A stretch of DNA of 64,000 bases from an uncultured delta proteobacterium (GTDB taxonomy: Bacteria > Desulfobacterota > Zymogenia > Zymogenales > Zymogenaceae), in assembly GCA_963735595.1 (NCBI GenBank), contig CAVTLK010000001.1, positions 288,001 through 352,000 of the forward strand, given 5' to 3'. The notes under the pieces are model-generated. The model saw nothing but the letters and a program-made list of their open reading frames with translations. It ran no database searches and was not told where the DNA came from. This document shows, piece by piece, positions 21,557 to 31,070 of the stretch (positions within the stretch are counted from its first letter, which is position 1; each line of letters opens with the position of its first letter). The position numbers and the translations under genes were made by a program.

Positions 21557-22079
21557 ATGTTTAAGCGAATCATGGTCCCTGTTGAGACCAAGGAAAAATC
21601 AGAGGTAGCCATCAAGATCGCTTACGATATGGCGGAGCTGCATAAGTCTGAAGTAATCCTGTTTAACGTTATAAACCCGAAGAGCCTCACGGTTGAAAGG
21701 GAACCTGAAGAGCCAATGGAAGAAGGCGAGGAGGAGTCGGGCGGATCGCAAGAAGCTAAACAGGAAGCTCGAGGAAGAGATTCAGGAGACCCTTACGGAT
21801 ATTCAGCGGGAAGAGCGGCGTAAGGCTCTCGAAGAAGACCGCTACAAGATGCTCTATTCGATCAAACGGACCGCTCCCAACGACAGGATGAAGGTCTTTA
21901 TCGATATCGTCGAGGGGGACCCCGCCACGAAGATCAGCGAGATGGCCCGGAAAAACAAGGTCGATCTCATCATCATGCCCAAGTCGGGCAAGATCGGTCC
22001 CCGGAGGGTCCTTGTTGGAGACATCGCCCTCAAGGTGGCCGAGATTACCGAGATCCCTTTGATGATGATTTCCTCGTAG
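21557..22079 (+). CDS. universal stress protein (USP) with charged insert; frameshift near 21740
   Basis: MFKRIMVPVE N-terminus in ORF 21557..21823 and EGDPATKI...VDLIIMP...LVGDIALKVAEITEIPLMMI C-terminus in ORF 21693..22079; RBS GAGG. Confidence 0.8.
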
Positions 22080-22119
22080 GGGTCTGTCCCCGTAAATTCA
22101 AGCGGCGTCCCACACGCAG

Positions 22120-22182
22120 GGCCGCCTCTGTCCGCGGCAAGAATCCCCATGTGGGGGCGGGCAGGGCGGTCATTTGTTTTTT
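22120..22182 (+). terminator. probable intrinsic terminator of the ATPase operon
   Basis: GC-rich inverted repeat GCCGCCTCTGTCCGC...GCGGGCAGGGCGGT followed by ATTTGTTTTTT. Confidence 0.5.
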
Positions 22183-22235
22183 GGCGGGAAAGATTTGCTT
22201 GATTATTTTCCGTATGTCTCGGTAGAATACAAAAG

Positions 22236-22901
22236 TTGGATTTTATGGATTCGAGTCAGGTTGATCGTATTATGACACGGCGTTATACGGGGTGGGCGGC
22301 CCGGCGGTGGGCGGCGGCGGCATTGATTTTCTGTCTCATGGTCCCGGGCGCGTTTGCACAGGAGAAGCTGAAAAGCGTCTGGGTCAAGGCCGACGAATTG
22401 CTGACCCAGAAACAATACGAAGAGGCGGTAAAGCTTTACTCTATCGCCATCGAGATGAACTTAGATGATCCGGATATTTATAACGCCTATTTCCACCGCG
22501 CACAAGCGTTCCTGGAGTTGGACAAGGTTGCCGAGGCGCTTGCCGACTATACGAAGACGATACGGCTTAACCCGAGTTTTCCTAATGCTTACAGATACAG
22601 AGGCATCATCTATTTTGAAACCGGCCGGTACACCGATGCCGTCAACGACTTCTCCCGTTTTATCGAGTTAGAGCCGGATAAAACGTTCGGTTATGTGAAT
22701 AGAGGAAGTGCACTCGGGAAGATAGGGAATTACGACAAGGCCCTGGCCGATTTTAATACGTCGATTCAGCTCGATCCCACCTGTGCGGAATGTTATTATT
22801 ACAGATTCATGGTATTTACGGCCCTGGAAAGGGACTCGGAGGCCGAACTCGACCTGAAGAAGGCCCAATCCCTTGATTCCCGGTATAAAGGAGATAAGTG
22901 A
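22236..22901 (+). CDS. exported tetratricopeptide-repeat protein (start uncertain, possibly 22272)
   Basis: Signal-like AAALIFCLMVPGAFA, then about 5 TPRs (AYFHRAQ, AYRYRG, GYVNRG, CYYYR). Confidence 0.85.
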   Translation: MDFMDSSQVDRIMTRRYTGWAARRWAAAALIFCLMVPGAFAQEKLKSVWVKADELLTQKQYEEAVKLYSIAIEMNLDDPDIYNAYFHRAQAFLELDKVAEALADYTKTIRLNPSFPNAYRYRGIIYFETGRYTDAVNDFSRFIELEPDKTFGYVNRGSALGKIGNYDKALADFNTSIQLDPTCAECYYYRFMVFTALERDSEAELDLKKAQSLDSRYKGDK

Positions 22902-22902
22902 C

Positions 22903-23427
22903 ATGGCAAACGAGGAAAAAACGGCCTCACCCGAGACGGTCGCCGTACCGACAAAGCCGAAGCGATCCGGCATTAAATATTGCTGCGCAGCCTGCGGCAT
23001 CTTTCTGTTCCTTATCGTGGGTGGACTCCTGCTTTCGTTCCTCCTGCTCGAACGGTCGTGCGAGTCCTCGTTCAAGATGCCCGAGATCCCGAGTATATTC
23101 AACCCGTCGCCGAGCGTTACGGTACCGTCCGGCCCCTGGGAGGCCGAAGACTTCTCCAATCTCCCCGAGTACGTGATCCTCGAGAGGTATCGGGATAACC
23201 TCAACATCGGGGTAAGGCCGGATGCGGCCGAAGACGACCTCAAGAAGCTCAATAAGTACCTTGCCCAGACCTATTTTATGGGCTTTACGGTCTTCAACGT
23301 CGCCTACTTCAACAAGGACAACCCGCAGGAGCTGATCGCGGTCTATAACTACAACAGCTTTTCCCGGACGGATAATTTCACCATGATGGAGCCGGTCCCG
23401 GGAGAGAGATACCCGGCGGCGCAATAA
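22903..23427 (+). CDS. hypothetical single-pass membrane protein
   Basis: RBS AAGGAG before ATG 22903; KYCCAAC, then a TM segment and a Pro-rich linker. Confidence 0.65.
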   Translation: MANEEKTASPETVAVPTKPKRSGIKYCCAACGIFLFLIVGGLLLSFLLLERSCESSFKMPEIPSIFNPSPSVTVPSGPWEAEDFSNLPEYVILERYRDNLNIGVRPDAAEDDLKKLNKYLAQTYFMGFTVFNVAYFNKDNPQELIAVYNYNSFSRTDNFTMMEPVPGERYPAAQ

Positions 23428-23524
23428 CTGGGGGGGAGCGGCGCGTCAACGGATTTGTTGCGGAGATTCGTCTTCCGGGATTAGCTTATTATTGAAATAG
23501 GATATTACTTTTTCGAGGAATCCA

Positions 23525-24580
23525 ATGCCAAAACAAATCCAGATCGTCGGGGCAGGGCTCTCGGGACTGACGGCGGCCGTCATCCTTGCCCGGGAAGGCC
23601 ATAAGGTAACCGTCCTCGAGGCCCAAAAACAGATCGGCGGGCCCGCCTCGCTGCACCCGTCAGTCCACGGGACGCCCGTCCAGCTCAAGGAGCTTATCGA
23701 GTATACCGGGATCGACTTTACGCCGGTCTTTCGTAAATCGCCGGCATATCCCCGTTTCTACAACAAGACCCGGCTCATCACGATGCCCTCCTACACGAAG
23801 TATAACGAAGCCTACTGCGTGGAACGGGGGCCGCGACCGACTTCGGCGGACAACTATCTCTATAAGCTGGCGAAAGAGGCGGGCGTAACGTTCGAGTTCG
23901 GCCGGCGGGTGGATATCAGGAAGCTCGCCCCCGGCACCATCGTGGGCACCGGGTTATCGAAGAAGGAGTTCGACGACCTCGGCATCGCGTACGAGCAGCT
24001 CTACGGGTGGTGGTCGTATAAGGAGATACCCGAGAAGACCGACGATATCCTCACGATCATGGGGCCGTTTGCCACCGACTACGGCTATATCGGGATCAGC
24101 AACGGCCTGGACTATAACCTCCTGTTTTCACACCGCCCCATCACGCAGGATGATAAGGACGGGTACCGGAAGATCCTCTCCAAACTGGGCATCGGCGGCT
24201 ATCGGGAGCCGTGGCGCGACGAGTCCATGTGCATCCCTTCGGAGGCAAAGCACGTCGTCAACGACCTGATCCTCGCCGGGACCCTCGGCGGCATGATCGA
24301 GCCGTTCTGGGGCTACGGTATCGTCGGGGCGATCGTCTCGGGAAGGGTCGCGGCAAAGACGGCGGTAAACCGCGCCGAGGGGCTCAAGGATTACGAGCGA
24401 TTCACCCGGGGATTTGCCGCGAAATCCGCGCGGCACCGCAAGCTCGTCGCCTACCCGCACCTCGTCAGAAGCGCCATGATCCAGGGAGGGATCGCCTGGA
24501 TGCGGCTGCAGTGCCTGTTTGACAAGAAGCTCGCGACGACGCCGCGAGACCCCGTCAAATGGTTCAGAACGAAGAAGTAG
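23525..24580 (+). CDS. FAD-dependent oxidoreductase (geranylgeranyl-reductase-like fold)
   Basis: [12 protein letters not shown]...VLE dinucleotide motif; [17 protein letters not shown] resembles the GD...P..G.GI motif of this fold. Confidence 0.8.
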   Translation: MPKQIQIVGAGLSGLTAAVILAREGHKVTVLEAQKQIGGPASLHPSVHGTPVQLKELIEYTGIDFTPVFRKSPAYPRFYNKTRLITMPSYTKYNEAYCVERGPRPTSADNYLYKLAKEAGVTFEFGRRVDIRKLAPGTIVGTGLSKKEFDDLGIAYEQLYGWWSYKEIPEKTDDILTIMGPFATDYGYIGISNGLDYNLLFSHRPITQDDKDGYRKILSKLGIGGYREPWRDESMCIPSEAKHVVNDLILAGTLGGMIEPFWGYGIVGAIVSGRVAAKTAVNRAEGLKDYERFTRGFAAKSARHRKLVAYPHLVRSAMIQGGIAWMRLQCLFDKKLATTPRDPVKWFRTKK

Positions 24581-24621
24581 CGGCCGGGATATTCAATTAT
24601 GCCTAAATTATGCCCAGTGGG

Positions 24622-24652
24622 CGGGGGACGCGATGATTCGCGCCCCCGTTTT
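24622..24652 (+). terminator. intrinsic terminator
   Basis: CGGGGGACGCGA-TGAT-TCGCGCCCCCG-TTTT between convergent genes. Confidence 0.6.
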
Positions 24653-24678
24653 ACGGTGGCTCCGATTAACGATGCGTA

Positions 24679-25254
24679 TTACCGGGAATAGAGCCCGGTC
24701 AGTTCTGTCATTACGATGGTTACAACTCCGATATTAGAGAGGAGCTCGTCCTTCGTGGCGCCTTCTTCAAGTTGGGGCTTCGCCAAAAGGGCATACAGCG
24801 TGAAAACATAATGGTGAGTGCCACTCCCGATGGGAGGGCAGGGCCCGCCGTATCCCAGTGAAGAGAAGCTGGTCTTCCCCGAAAGCGCGCCGATCGCTCC
24901 GATCGAGACGCCTTCCGGCAGCCCTGTGGTCTTAGGGTCTATATTATATATCACCCAGTGAACCCAGGGTTTTGCCGCCGCATCGGGGTCGTCCATGATC
25001 AGTGCAAGGGATTTGGCCGACTTCGGGACACCGGACCACGCAAGGGGAGGCGATGTGTTTTCGCCCGTACACGTGTACCGGTCAGGAATCCTCGATCCGT
25101 CGGTAAATGCCGTGCTCGTGAGATTAAACGGGAGATTCTCCTGGGCCCCGGCGGTCACTCCCGCAATAAGGAGCGTCGCAATAATCAGGGCCGAAAGGGT
25201 CAGGGCGATCGTAAATCCATTGTGCTGCGTTCCCATGGTAAACCTCCTTCCCAT
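24679..25254 (-). CDS. YbhB/YbcL (PEBP/RKIP-like) family protein
   Basis: SPPLAW, LALIMDDPDA..WVHWV, YGGPCPP..HHYVFTLYAL; N-terminal signal peptide. Confidence 0.93.
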   Translation of the reverse strand: MGRRFTMGTQHNGFTIALTLSALIIATLLIAGVTAGAQENLPFNLTSTAFTDGSRIPDRYTCTGENTSPPLAWSGVPKSAKSLALIMDDPDAAAKPWVHWVIYNIDPKTTGLPEGVSIGAIGALSGKTSFSSLGYGGPCPPIGSGTHHYVFTLYALLAKPQLEEGATKDELLSNIGVVTIVMTELTGLYSR

Positions 25255-25417
25255 TTGTTATTTTTAAGTATACCAGGTTCCTCTTAATTTCTCAAGGGCA
25301 AGGCGGTGGCCGTTCGTGTTGAGCAATGCGATAGACTCTGTGAATAGACGCCTTGCCCTGTCGGCCAGTTCGGGTGTATAGTACCGATAGGTAATAATCC
25401 CTTCTTAGGAGCAGTAT

Positions 25418-25951
25418 ATGCTGAAGGAAATGAATTGGAAAAACGCCGTTACCATCGCGTCCCCGTACCCCTACCTGCTGGTTACCGGTATGGACAAGGA
25501 CGGGAAACCGAACGCCATGGGCGTGGGGTGGTGGAGCTTTACCTCGATGAATCCTCCCCTGATGCTGGTCTCGATCGGAAAACCGCGCTATACGCTGGAG
25601 TGCATCAGGCACACGAAGGATTTTGTGGCCTGCTTCCCGTCACAGGAACAGGCGCGCGGGGCATGGATGTGCGGGGGCAAAACGGGCAGGGGCAGGGATA
25701 AGCTCACGGAAGCGGGCTTATCGACGATCCCGGCCACAATGGTAAAGGCCCCCATCATTGCCGGGTGTACGGCCGCCTTCGAGTGCAGGGTAGTCAATGA
25801 GGTCGAGACGGGAGATCACATTGTCATAGTCGGCGAGATCGTTGCATGCCACGGCGATCCCGAGAAATCGATGCACCTCTACTCGGTCTTCTACTCACAG
25901 CTGATCGCGATAAACACGGAAGGTACGGTCAATATGGAACCGGGATCATGA
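25418..25951 (+). CDS. flavin reductase-like protein
   Basis: PNAM...PPLMLVSI, FECRV..TGDHIVIVGEIV. Confidence 0.88.
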   Translation: MLKEMNWKNAVTIASPYPYLLVTGMDKDGKPNAMGVGWWSFTSMNPPLMLVSIGKPRYTLECIRHTKDFVACFPSQEQARGAWMCGGKTGRGRDKLTEAGLSTIPATMVKAPIIAGCTAAFECRVVNEVETGDHIVIVGEIVACHGDPEKSMHLYSVFYSQLIAINTEGTVNMEPGS

Positions 25952-26061
25952 GGCAAATGGGAATGAGATAACGGAGAAGACGGATGCATGATAGCCTCGG
26001 GCTGAACCGTTGACCGGTCACGCTGCGACGTACCATCGCATAAGACCCAACCAGGCGGGCG

Positions 26062-27690
26062 TTAGTCCCAATCCGTCCGCATGATCACCGTGTCTTTTTT
26101 GAAGCGTATATCGTCTTTTGCGGGATAATCGATGTTGTAGTGAAGCCCGCGGCTTTCTTTTCTATGCTGGGCACACCGTATGATCAGGTCTGCCATGAGG
26201 GCGATGTTCCTCAGCTCGATAAGGTTGCTGGTAATCGTGAAGTTCCAGTAGTATTCATTGATCTCGGCAAACAGCGTGCGTGACCTCCGCGCGGCACGGT
26301 CCAGGCGCTTGTTTGAGCGCACGATGCCCACGTAGTTCCACATAAAACGGCGCACTTCCTCCCAATTTTGCGTGATCACGACCTCTTCGTCGCTATCGAG
26401 CGCGCCTTTCGGATCCCACGGCGGGGCGGACGGAAGGCCTTTTTCCGTCTGTTTAACCTGCTCGAGCTCTTCGGCGGCCGCAATCGAGGCGCGGTGTGCG
26501 TAAACCACCGCCTCCAACAGGGAATTCGAAGCAAGCCGGTTTGCCCCATGCAAACCCGTGCACGAAACCTCACCCCCGGCATACAGACCCGGTACGGTCG
26601 TGCGCCCGTTCAGATCAACGACCACCCCGCCGCACATATAGTGGGCGGCCGGCACCACCGGTATCGGCTGCTTGGTCATATCAATCCCGAACCCTTTACA
26701 GGTCCTGTAGATATTCGGAAACCGTTCCTTAATGAACGAGGGATCCTTGTGAGTAATATCGAGGAATACGCAGTCGTCGCCGCTCTTCTTGAGCTCCATG
26801 TCTATCGAGCGGGCGACGAGGTCGCGGGGGGCGAGGTCCCGTTTTTCGCTATACCGCTTCATAAAGGCCTCGCCATTGCGCAGCCGAAGGATCCCTCCCT
26901 CGCCGCGGACGGCCTCCGAGATCAGGAACGATTTCGCCGCCGGGTGATAGAGGCAGGTGGGGTGGAACTGAACAAATTCGAGATTCGCAATATCGGCCCC
27001 CACACGGTAGGCCATCGCGATGCCGTCGCCACTGGCGATGTCAGGATTCGAGGTATACAGATAAACCTTACCGGCGCCGCCGCTCGCCAGGAATGTAACC
27101 CTTCCGAGAAAGGACTTCACGACATTCGTAATTCGATCCAGGGCATAGGCCCCCCAAACCCGTGTTGGGACGATCGGCTTTTCCCTTATGGTTCGATCCG
27201 TGATGAGGTTAACGGCTATATGATTTTCAAAAATATTAATATTGTCGGTCTCTCGTACCCGTTTAATGAGCGCCCGCTCTATCTCCGCTCCGGTGAGGTC
27301 TTTCGCATGGATAATGCGGCGCTTCGTATGTCCGCCCTCCATGCCCAGGTCGTACGTAAGGGAGCCGCCTTCGCGTTTCATGGAAAAATGGGCGCCGATC
27401 TGGGATAGCTGCCTGATCATCTCAGGCCCGGTTGTCACAACCATGCGCACAACGTCCTCATGACAGATATCGGCACCGCACGTTAGGGTATCGGCGATAT
27501 GAAGATCATACGAATCGAGCTCGCCCATGACCGAGGCGATCCCCCCCTGGGCGTAGTTTGTATTGGATTCTTTATCTTCTTTCTTCGTGATGATAGCAAC
27601 GCTCCCCGTCCGGGCTGCCTTGAGGGCAAAAGAAAGGCCGGCGATACCGCTGCCTATGACCAAATAATCATACCGAAGGGTGGTATTCAT
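26062..27690 (-). CDS. nadB: L-aspartate oxidase
   Basis: IGSGIAGL, TNYAQGGIA, EGGH, QFHPT, ISEAVRGEG, HYMCGG, LHGANRLASNSLLE; start placed at ATG 27690. Confidence 0.96.
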   Translation of the reverse strand: MNTTLRYDYLVIGSGIAGLSFALKAARTGSVAIITKKEDKESNTNYAQGGIASVMGELDSYDLHIADTLTCGADICHEDVVRMVVTTGPEMIRQLSQIGAHFSMKREGGSLTYDLGMEGGHTKRRIIHAKDLTGAEIERALIKRVRETDNINIFENHIAVNLITDRTIREKPIVPTRVWGAYALDRITNVVKSFLGRVTFLASGGAGKVYLYTSNPDIASGDGIAMAYRVGADIANLEFVQFHPTCLYHPAAKSFLISEAVRGEGGILRLRNGEAFMKRYSEKRDLAPRDLVARSIDMELKKSGDDCVFLDITHKDPSFIKERFPNIYRTCKGFGIDMTKQPIPVVPAAHYMCGGVVVDLNGRTTVPGLYAGGEVSCTGLHGANRLASNSLLEAVVYAHRASIAAAEELEQVKQTEKGLPSAPPWDPKGALDSDEEVVITQNWEEVRRFMWNYVGIVRSNKRLDRAARRSRTLFAEINEYYWNFTITSNLIELRNIALMADLIIRCAQHRKESRGLHYNIDYPAKDDIRFKKDTVIMRTDWD

Positions 27691-27760
27691 GAATATACCC
27701 AAAAAAGTGTTTTTACTCCTTATACTAATATGATATATATACGGGTGAGTCAAGTGGCAA

Positions 27761-27789
27761 TTGACATCGGAGAAATATTCCTGTATTCT
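27761..27789 (+). promoter_or_regulatory. near-consensus sigma70 promoter divergent from nadB
   Basis: TTGACA-17 nt-TATTCT. Confidence 0.65.
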
Positions 27790-28067
27790 TCTCATGTGGG
27801 AGCTTGCGTCCCAATTGCTCCGACGGGTCGGAAACAACGTTGGGAGTCGGCCGGATCGGAAGAGAGAAAAGGCGGCCGTTCATAAGGGCCACTATGGCCG
27901 AGGTTCAGGAAAGCACGATACGTCTGCCAGATCCCAAAAAGGGTAAGAATCCGGCGGATGAGGGAAAGCCGCGTAAGATAAAAAAAGCTTGTTTTTTGCC
28001 TTTCCTTATACTAAACTATACATAAGTTTTGGGTATTTTATACAAAGTTATATAGATTTATAAGGAA

Positions 28068-28677
28068 ATGATGAAAGCTCACCGCTTAGTTTCGCTACTC
28101 GTATTCCTTATATTCCTCGGTTCTGCGGATTGGGCGCGTGCGGATTTCTACCGTAAATACGACGCCGACGGTACGGTTATCTTTACAAACGTCCCGACGA
28201 CAGGCGGCTTTACGATGATATTCGACGAGTATGAAGAAGAGTACGTTACGTACGATCAATACTACTATTCGACTAATACATATGATAGCATCGTCAACAA
28301 CGCGGCAATTATTTACGGGGTTGATTCCGCATTGATCAAAGCGGTCATAAAGACAGAATCGAATTTTGATCCGTATGCCGTTTCGAACATGGGGGCATGC
28401 GGGTTGATGCAGCTTATCCCGGGGACGGCGGCCCGTTTCGGAGTCGCGGATGTCTTTGATCCGAAGGATAATATATACGGCGGCACGCAGTATCTCGGCT
28501 GGCTTACGACCTATTTTAAAGGCGACCTCGAGCTCGGTGTTGGCTGCCTATAACGCGGGCGAACACGCCGTTGAAAAATATAACAATCAAATCCCTCCGT
28601 ATAAGGAAACAATCAACTACGTTAAGAAGGTTTTTAAATTTCTCGACTACTATAAGAGTAGGCCGTTGAGCCTCTAA
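28068..28677 (+). CDS. soluble lytic transglycosylase (SLT) with small N-terminal domain; frameshift near 28535
   Basis: IKTESNFDP.AVS..GA.GLMQL, then AAYNAGEHAV...PPYKETINYVKKV in the next frame. Confidence 0.9.
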
Positions 28678-28689
28678 TAAGACGATCCA

Positions 28690-30054
28690 TTGACGACACC
28701 TCAAGATAAATTTATACGGGAAGAAGAGTTTCTCAGACTCTTTAAAAAGGCCAGGAAAGAGCTTGACGACGGAAATATACGATCGGCCGTTGACCATCTC
28801 GAGAAAGCGTATGCCCTCTCTCCAAACAGTGAAGGCGTGGAAAACCTTCTCGGGATACTCTATTTCCGGCTCGAAGACTACCGAAAGGCGGAGGATATCT
28901 ATCTAAAACTAACAAAGAAGAATCCCTCCGTTTTTACGCTGAGGACGAACCTCGGCCTTATCTATTTCAAAGAAAAGAGATATGTTGATTCCCTCAGGGA
29001 ACTCGACAAGGCGACCAGGCTTAAACCGGACTACGCACGCGCACATAACTATCTCGGTCTCGTTTATGTGGAGCTTGGGAAGTACCGGCAGGCCCGGGAA
29101 GAGTTCCTGAGGGCCGGCTCCCGCCTCATGGCCAAAAAAATGGAAAACATCATTGCCGGGGCCATGAACGCGGATGTGATCCAAAAAAGCTACCGCAACA
29201 AAGAGAGTAAACCCGCGGACGAACAGGATGCGGAGGTTACTCAATTTATCCTGGACCCGGAGCTCAGGAAAATACTTGACGATCTTGAGGGAGTTGAGGC
29301 AAGCCGGTCCCCCGCTGAAAGCGCCCCGGCCAATGTCGAGCACATACGGCTTGATCTCGGAAAAGAGGGAATGATCGAGGCCAGCGCCCTCAAAGATCCG
29401 ATATTTACGCCGCATAAAACGAAGTCCCCGGGTAAACAGGAACCATATTCGGCATTCACGTTGGGTCTGACAAAAAGGGATACCGGGTTTGACGCCAATA
29501 ACCTCCTTAATGTATATTTCACGGTTGGGACATTCAGCAGGGTAGGGGGGCTGGTTGCCGCCGAAGGCAAGCATGAGTTTTCCCCCGCTCGGCGCCGGCA
29601 CAAAGGGAAGTTTACGGAATACCAACTGGGGGGAAGCACCGATCCCGTTATGAAGATAGCCGGCGAGGGAATACTCCTGTTGTCTTCGGGCGAGAAACGA
29701 ATTATACTGGTATCGGTCTCTCCAGATGAAAATATATATGTGAAGGAAGACGCGCTTTTTTCCTTCCAATCCACGATCTCATGGGAAAACGGAACGATAA
29801 ATATCGGCCCAAAGGACAAAATCGAACTTGTACAACTTTCAGGTGAAGGCGTTGTCGCACTGATGTCACAAACTGCGCCGTCGATACGGGAGCTCTCCGA
29901 AGGCAAACCCGTAAGGATAGCCAAAACGGCGCTCATCGGATGGCAGGGAAAGGTTACCCCAAAAATCATCGCGCAAGAGAATACAAAGTGGGGTAAAGAG
30001 GCGGAGGTTTATTTTATCGAGTTTACCGGAAAAGGGAAAATAATCATTGAATAG
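28690..30054 (+). CDS. TPR + AIM24-like domain protein
   Basis: About 4 N-terminal TPRs (NLLGILYF, TNLGLIYF, HNYLGLVY); C-terminal beta-rich repeats (GEGILLL, WENG, LVQLSGEGVVAL, IGWQG, EFTGKGKIII) resembling AIM24. Confidence 0.7.
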   Translation: MTTPQDKFIREEEFLRLFKKARKELDDGNIRSAVDHLEKAYALSPNSEGVENLLGILYFRLEDYRKAEDIYLKLTKKNPSVFTLRTNLGLIYFKEKRYVDSLRELDKATRLKPDYARAHNYLGLVYVELGKYRQAREEFLRAGSRLMAKKMENIIAGAMNADVIQKSYRNKESKPADEQDAEVTQFILDPELRKILDDLEGVEASRSPAESAPANVEHIRLDLGKEGMIEASALKDPIFTPHKTKSPGKQEPYSAFTLGLTKRDTGFDANNLLNVYFTVGTFSRVGGLVAAEGKHEFSPARRRHKGKFTEYQLGGSTDPVMKIAGEGILLLSSGEKRIILVSVSPDENIYVKEDALFSFQSTISWENGTINIGPKDKIELVQLSGEGVVALMSQTAPSIRELSEGKPVRIAKTALIGWQGKVTPKIIAQENTKWGKEAEVYFIEFTGKGKIIIE

Positions 30055-30649
30055 AATGCTTAATCGGGGTACTAACCTGAACCTCCCAAACGTCTTGACG
30101 ACGTTTAGGTTTCTCGTAATTCCGATCGTCATTGTCCTGATGAAATCAAATAGCCTGGCTCTCAACCTCGTTGCGGCGGTTCTCTTCCTGGTGGCGTCAC
30201 TTACCGATATCGTGGACGGCCATATCGCCCGGAAGTACAATATCGTAACGAACATGGGTAAAATCCTCGATCCACTGGCCGACAAGGTGATGGTTCTCAT
30301 CGTCTTGATTATGCTCATTCCGATGGATAGGGTTCCTGCGTTGGTGGTTGCCCTCATCGTACTGCGTGAGACCGCGGTAACAAGCCTGCGCGCAGTAGCC
30401 GCCGCCGATGGGATTGTAATATCCGCAAGCCCCCTCGGGAAGTTTAAGAATATGTTTCAGGTGATATTTACCTTATTCCTCATCATGTACCACACGTTTA
30501 CCATACCGATCACTCCCCGTTTTTCGTTCATCCTGGACTTCCGGACCTCGGGCATGATCCTTATGTGGATCGCACTCTTCTTGACCCTCTGGTCGGGCGT
30601 CGACTATTTTGTGAGATTCTACATCAGCAGCTCAAAGCCTGCAAAATAG
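30047..30649 (+). CDS. pgsA: CDP-diacylglycerol--glycerol-3-phosphate 3-phosphatidyltransferase
   Basis: NLPNVLT..R, TDIVDGHIARK...GKILDPLADK, RE..VTSLR. Confidence 0.95.
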   Translation: MNRMLNRGTNLNLPNVLTTFRFLVIPIVIVLMKSNSLALNLVAAVLFLVASLTDIVDGHIARKYNIVTNMGKILDPLADKVMVLIVLIMLIPMDRVPALVVALIVLRETAVTSLRAVAAADGIVISASPLGKFKNMFQVIFTLFLIMYHTFTIPITPRFSFILDFRTSGMILMWIALFLTLWSGVDYFVRFYISSSKPAK

Positions 30650-30716
30650 TACCGTAACGCCCCATTATCCGTAAAATAGATGGAACGTTTCGGTATAACC
30701 ACTATCTAAAAAAGCG

Positions 30717-30746
30717 TTGACAAAAGATACGGAATGCTGTTAGTAT
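30717..30746 (+). promoter_or_regulatory. putative sigma70 promoter downstream of pgsA
   Basis: TTGACA-18 nt-TAGTAT, with no CDS directly after it. Confidence 0.45.
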
Positions 30747-30802
30747 TTTCTGTTAGCGGGATACTAATCTGGCGCGTTCGGCGTAAAACAGGGTGCGATA
30801 TC

Positions 30803-30841
30803 GACCATAGACCATAACCTATTGGCCTATTGGCCTATTGG
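30803..30841. repeat. short tandem repeats (GACCATA x2, CCTATTGG x3)
   Basis: Read directly: gaccata gaccata a cctattgg cctattgg cctattgg. Confidence 0.85.
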
Positions 30842-30959
30842 CGGATCTCTATAGGTCCCAGGAGCCATATAACACCCGATAGAGGCCTTGTTAGGACGTT
30901 TTATTTTTGCCCAAATCGTAAAAAAGTGACATAAATATCCCATAAAAGTTATTACTTGC

Positions 30960-30987
30960 TTGATTTTCTAAAAAAGTGTGTTATATT
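30960..30987 (+). promoter_or_regulatory. putative promoter of the ATP-grasp cassette
   Basis: TTGATT-16 nt-TATATT with an extended -10 TG, in an AT-rich region. Confidence 0.45.
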
Positions 30988-31070
30988 CTTTTACAAGAAC
31001 CGATAGGGACATCCTATTCGGACGACAGGCGAGCGATTTCGTAACGTACTGAGATTCACAGGAGACTGAG

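Noticed and set aside
27795..27850. c-di-GMP-I riboswitch on the minus strand (TGGGACGCAAG resembles GGGACGCAAAG)
   Set aside because: The GGCAAA/GAAA tetraloop elements and a proper P2 stem are not visible; the region is kept only as an unassigned structured RNA candidate.
30803..30841. CRISPR array
   Set aside because: Units are 7-8 nt with no spacers, and there are no cas genes in the window.
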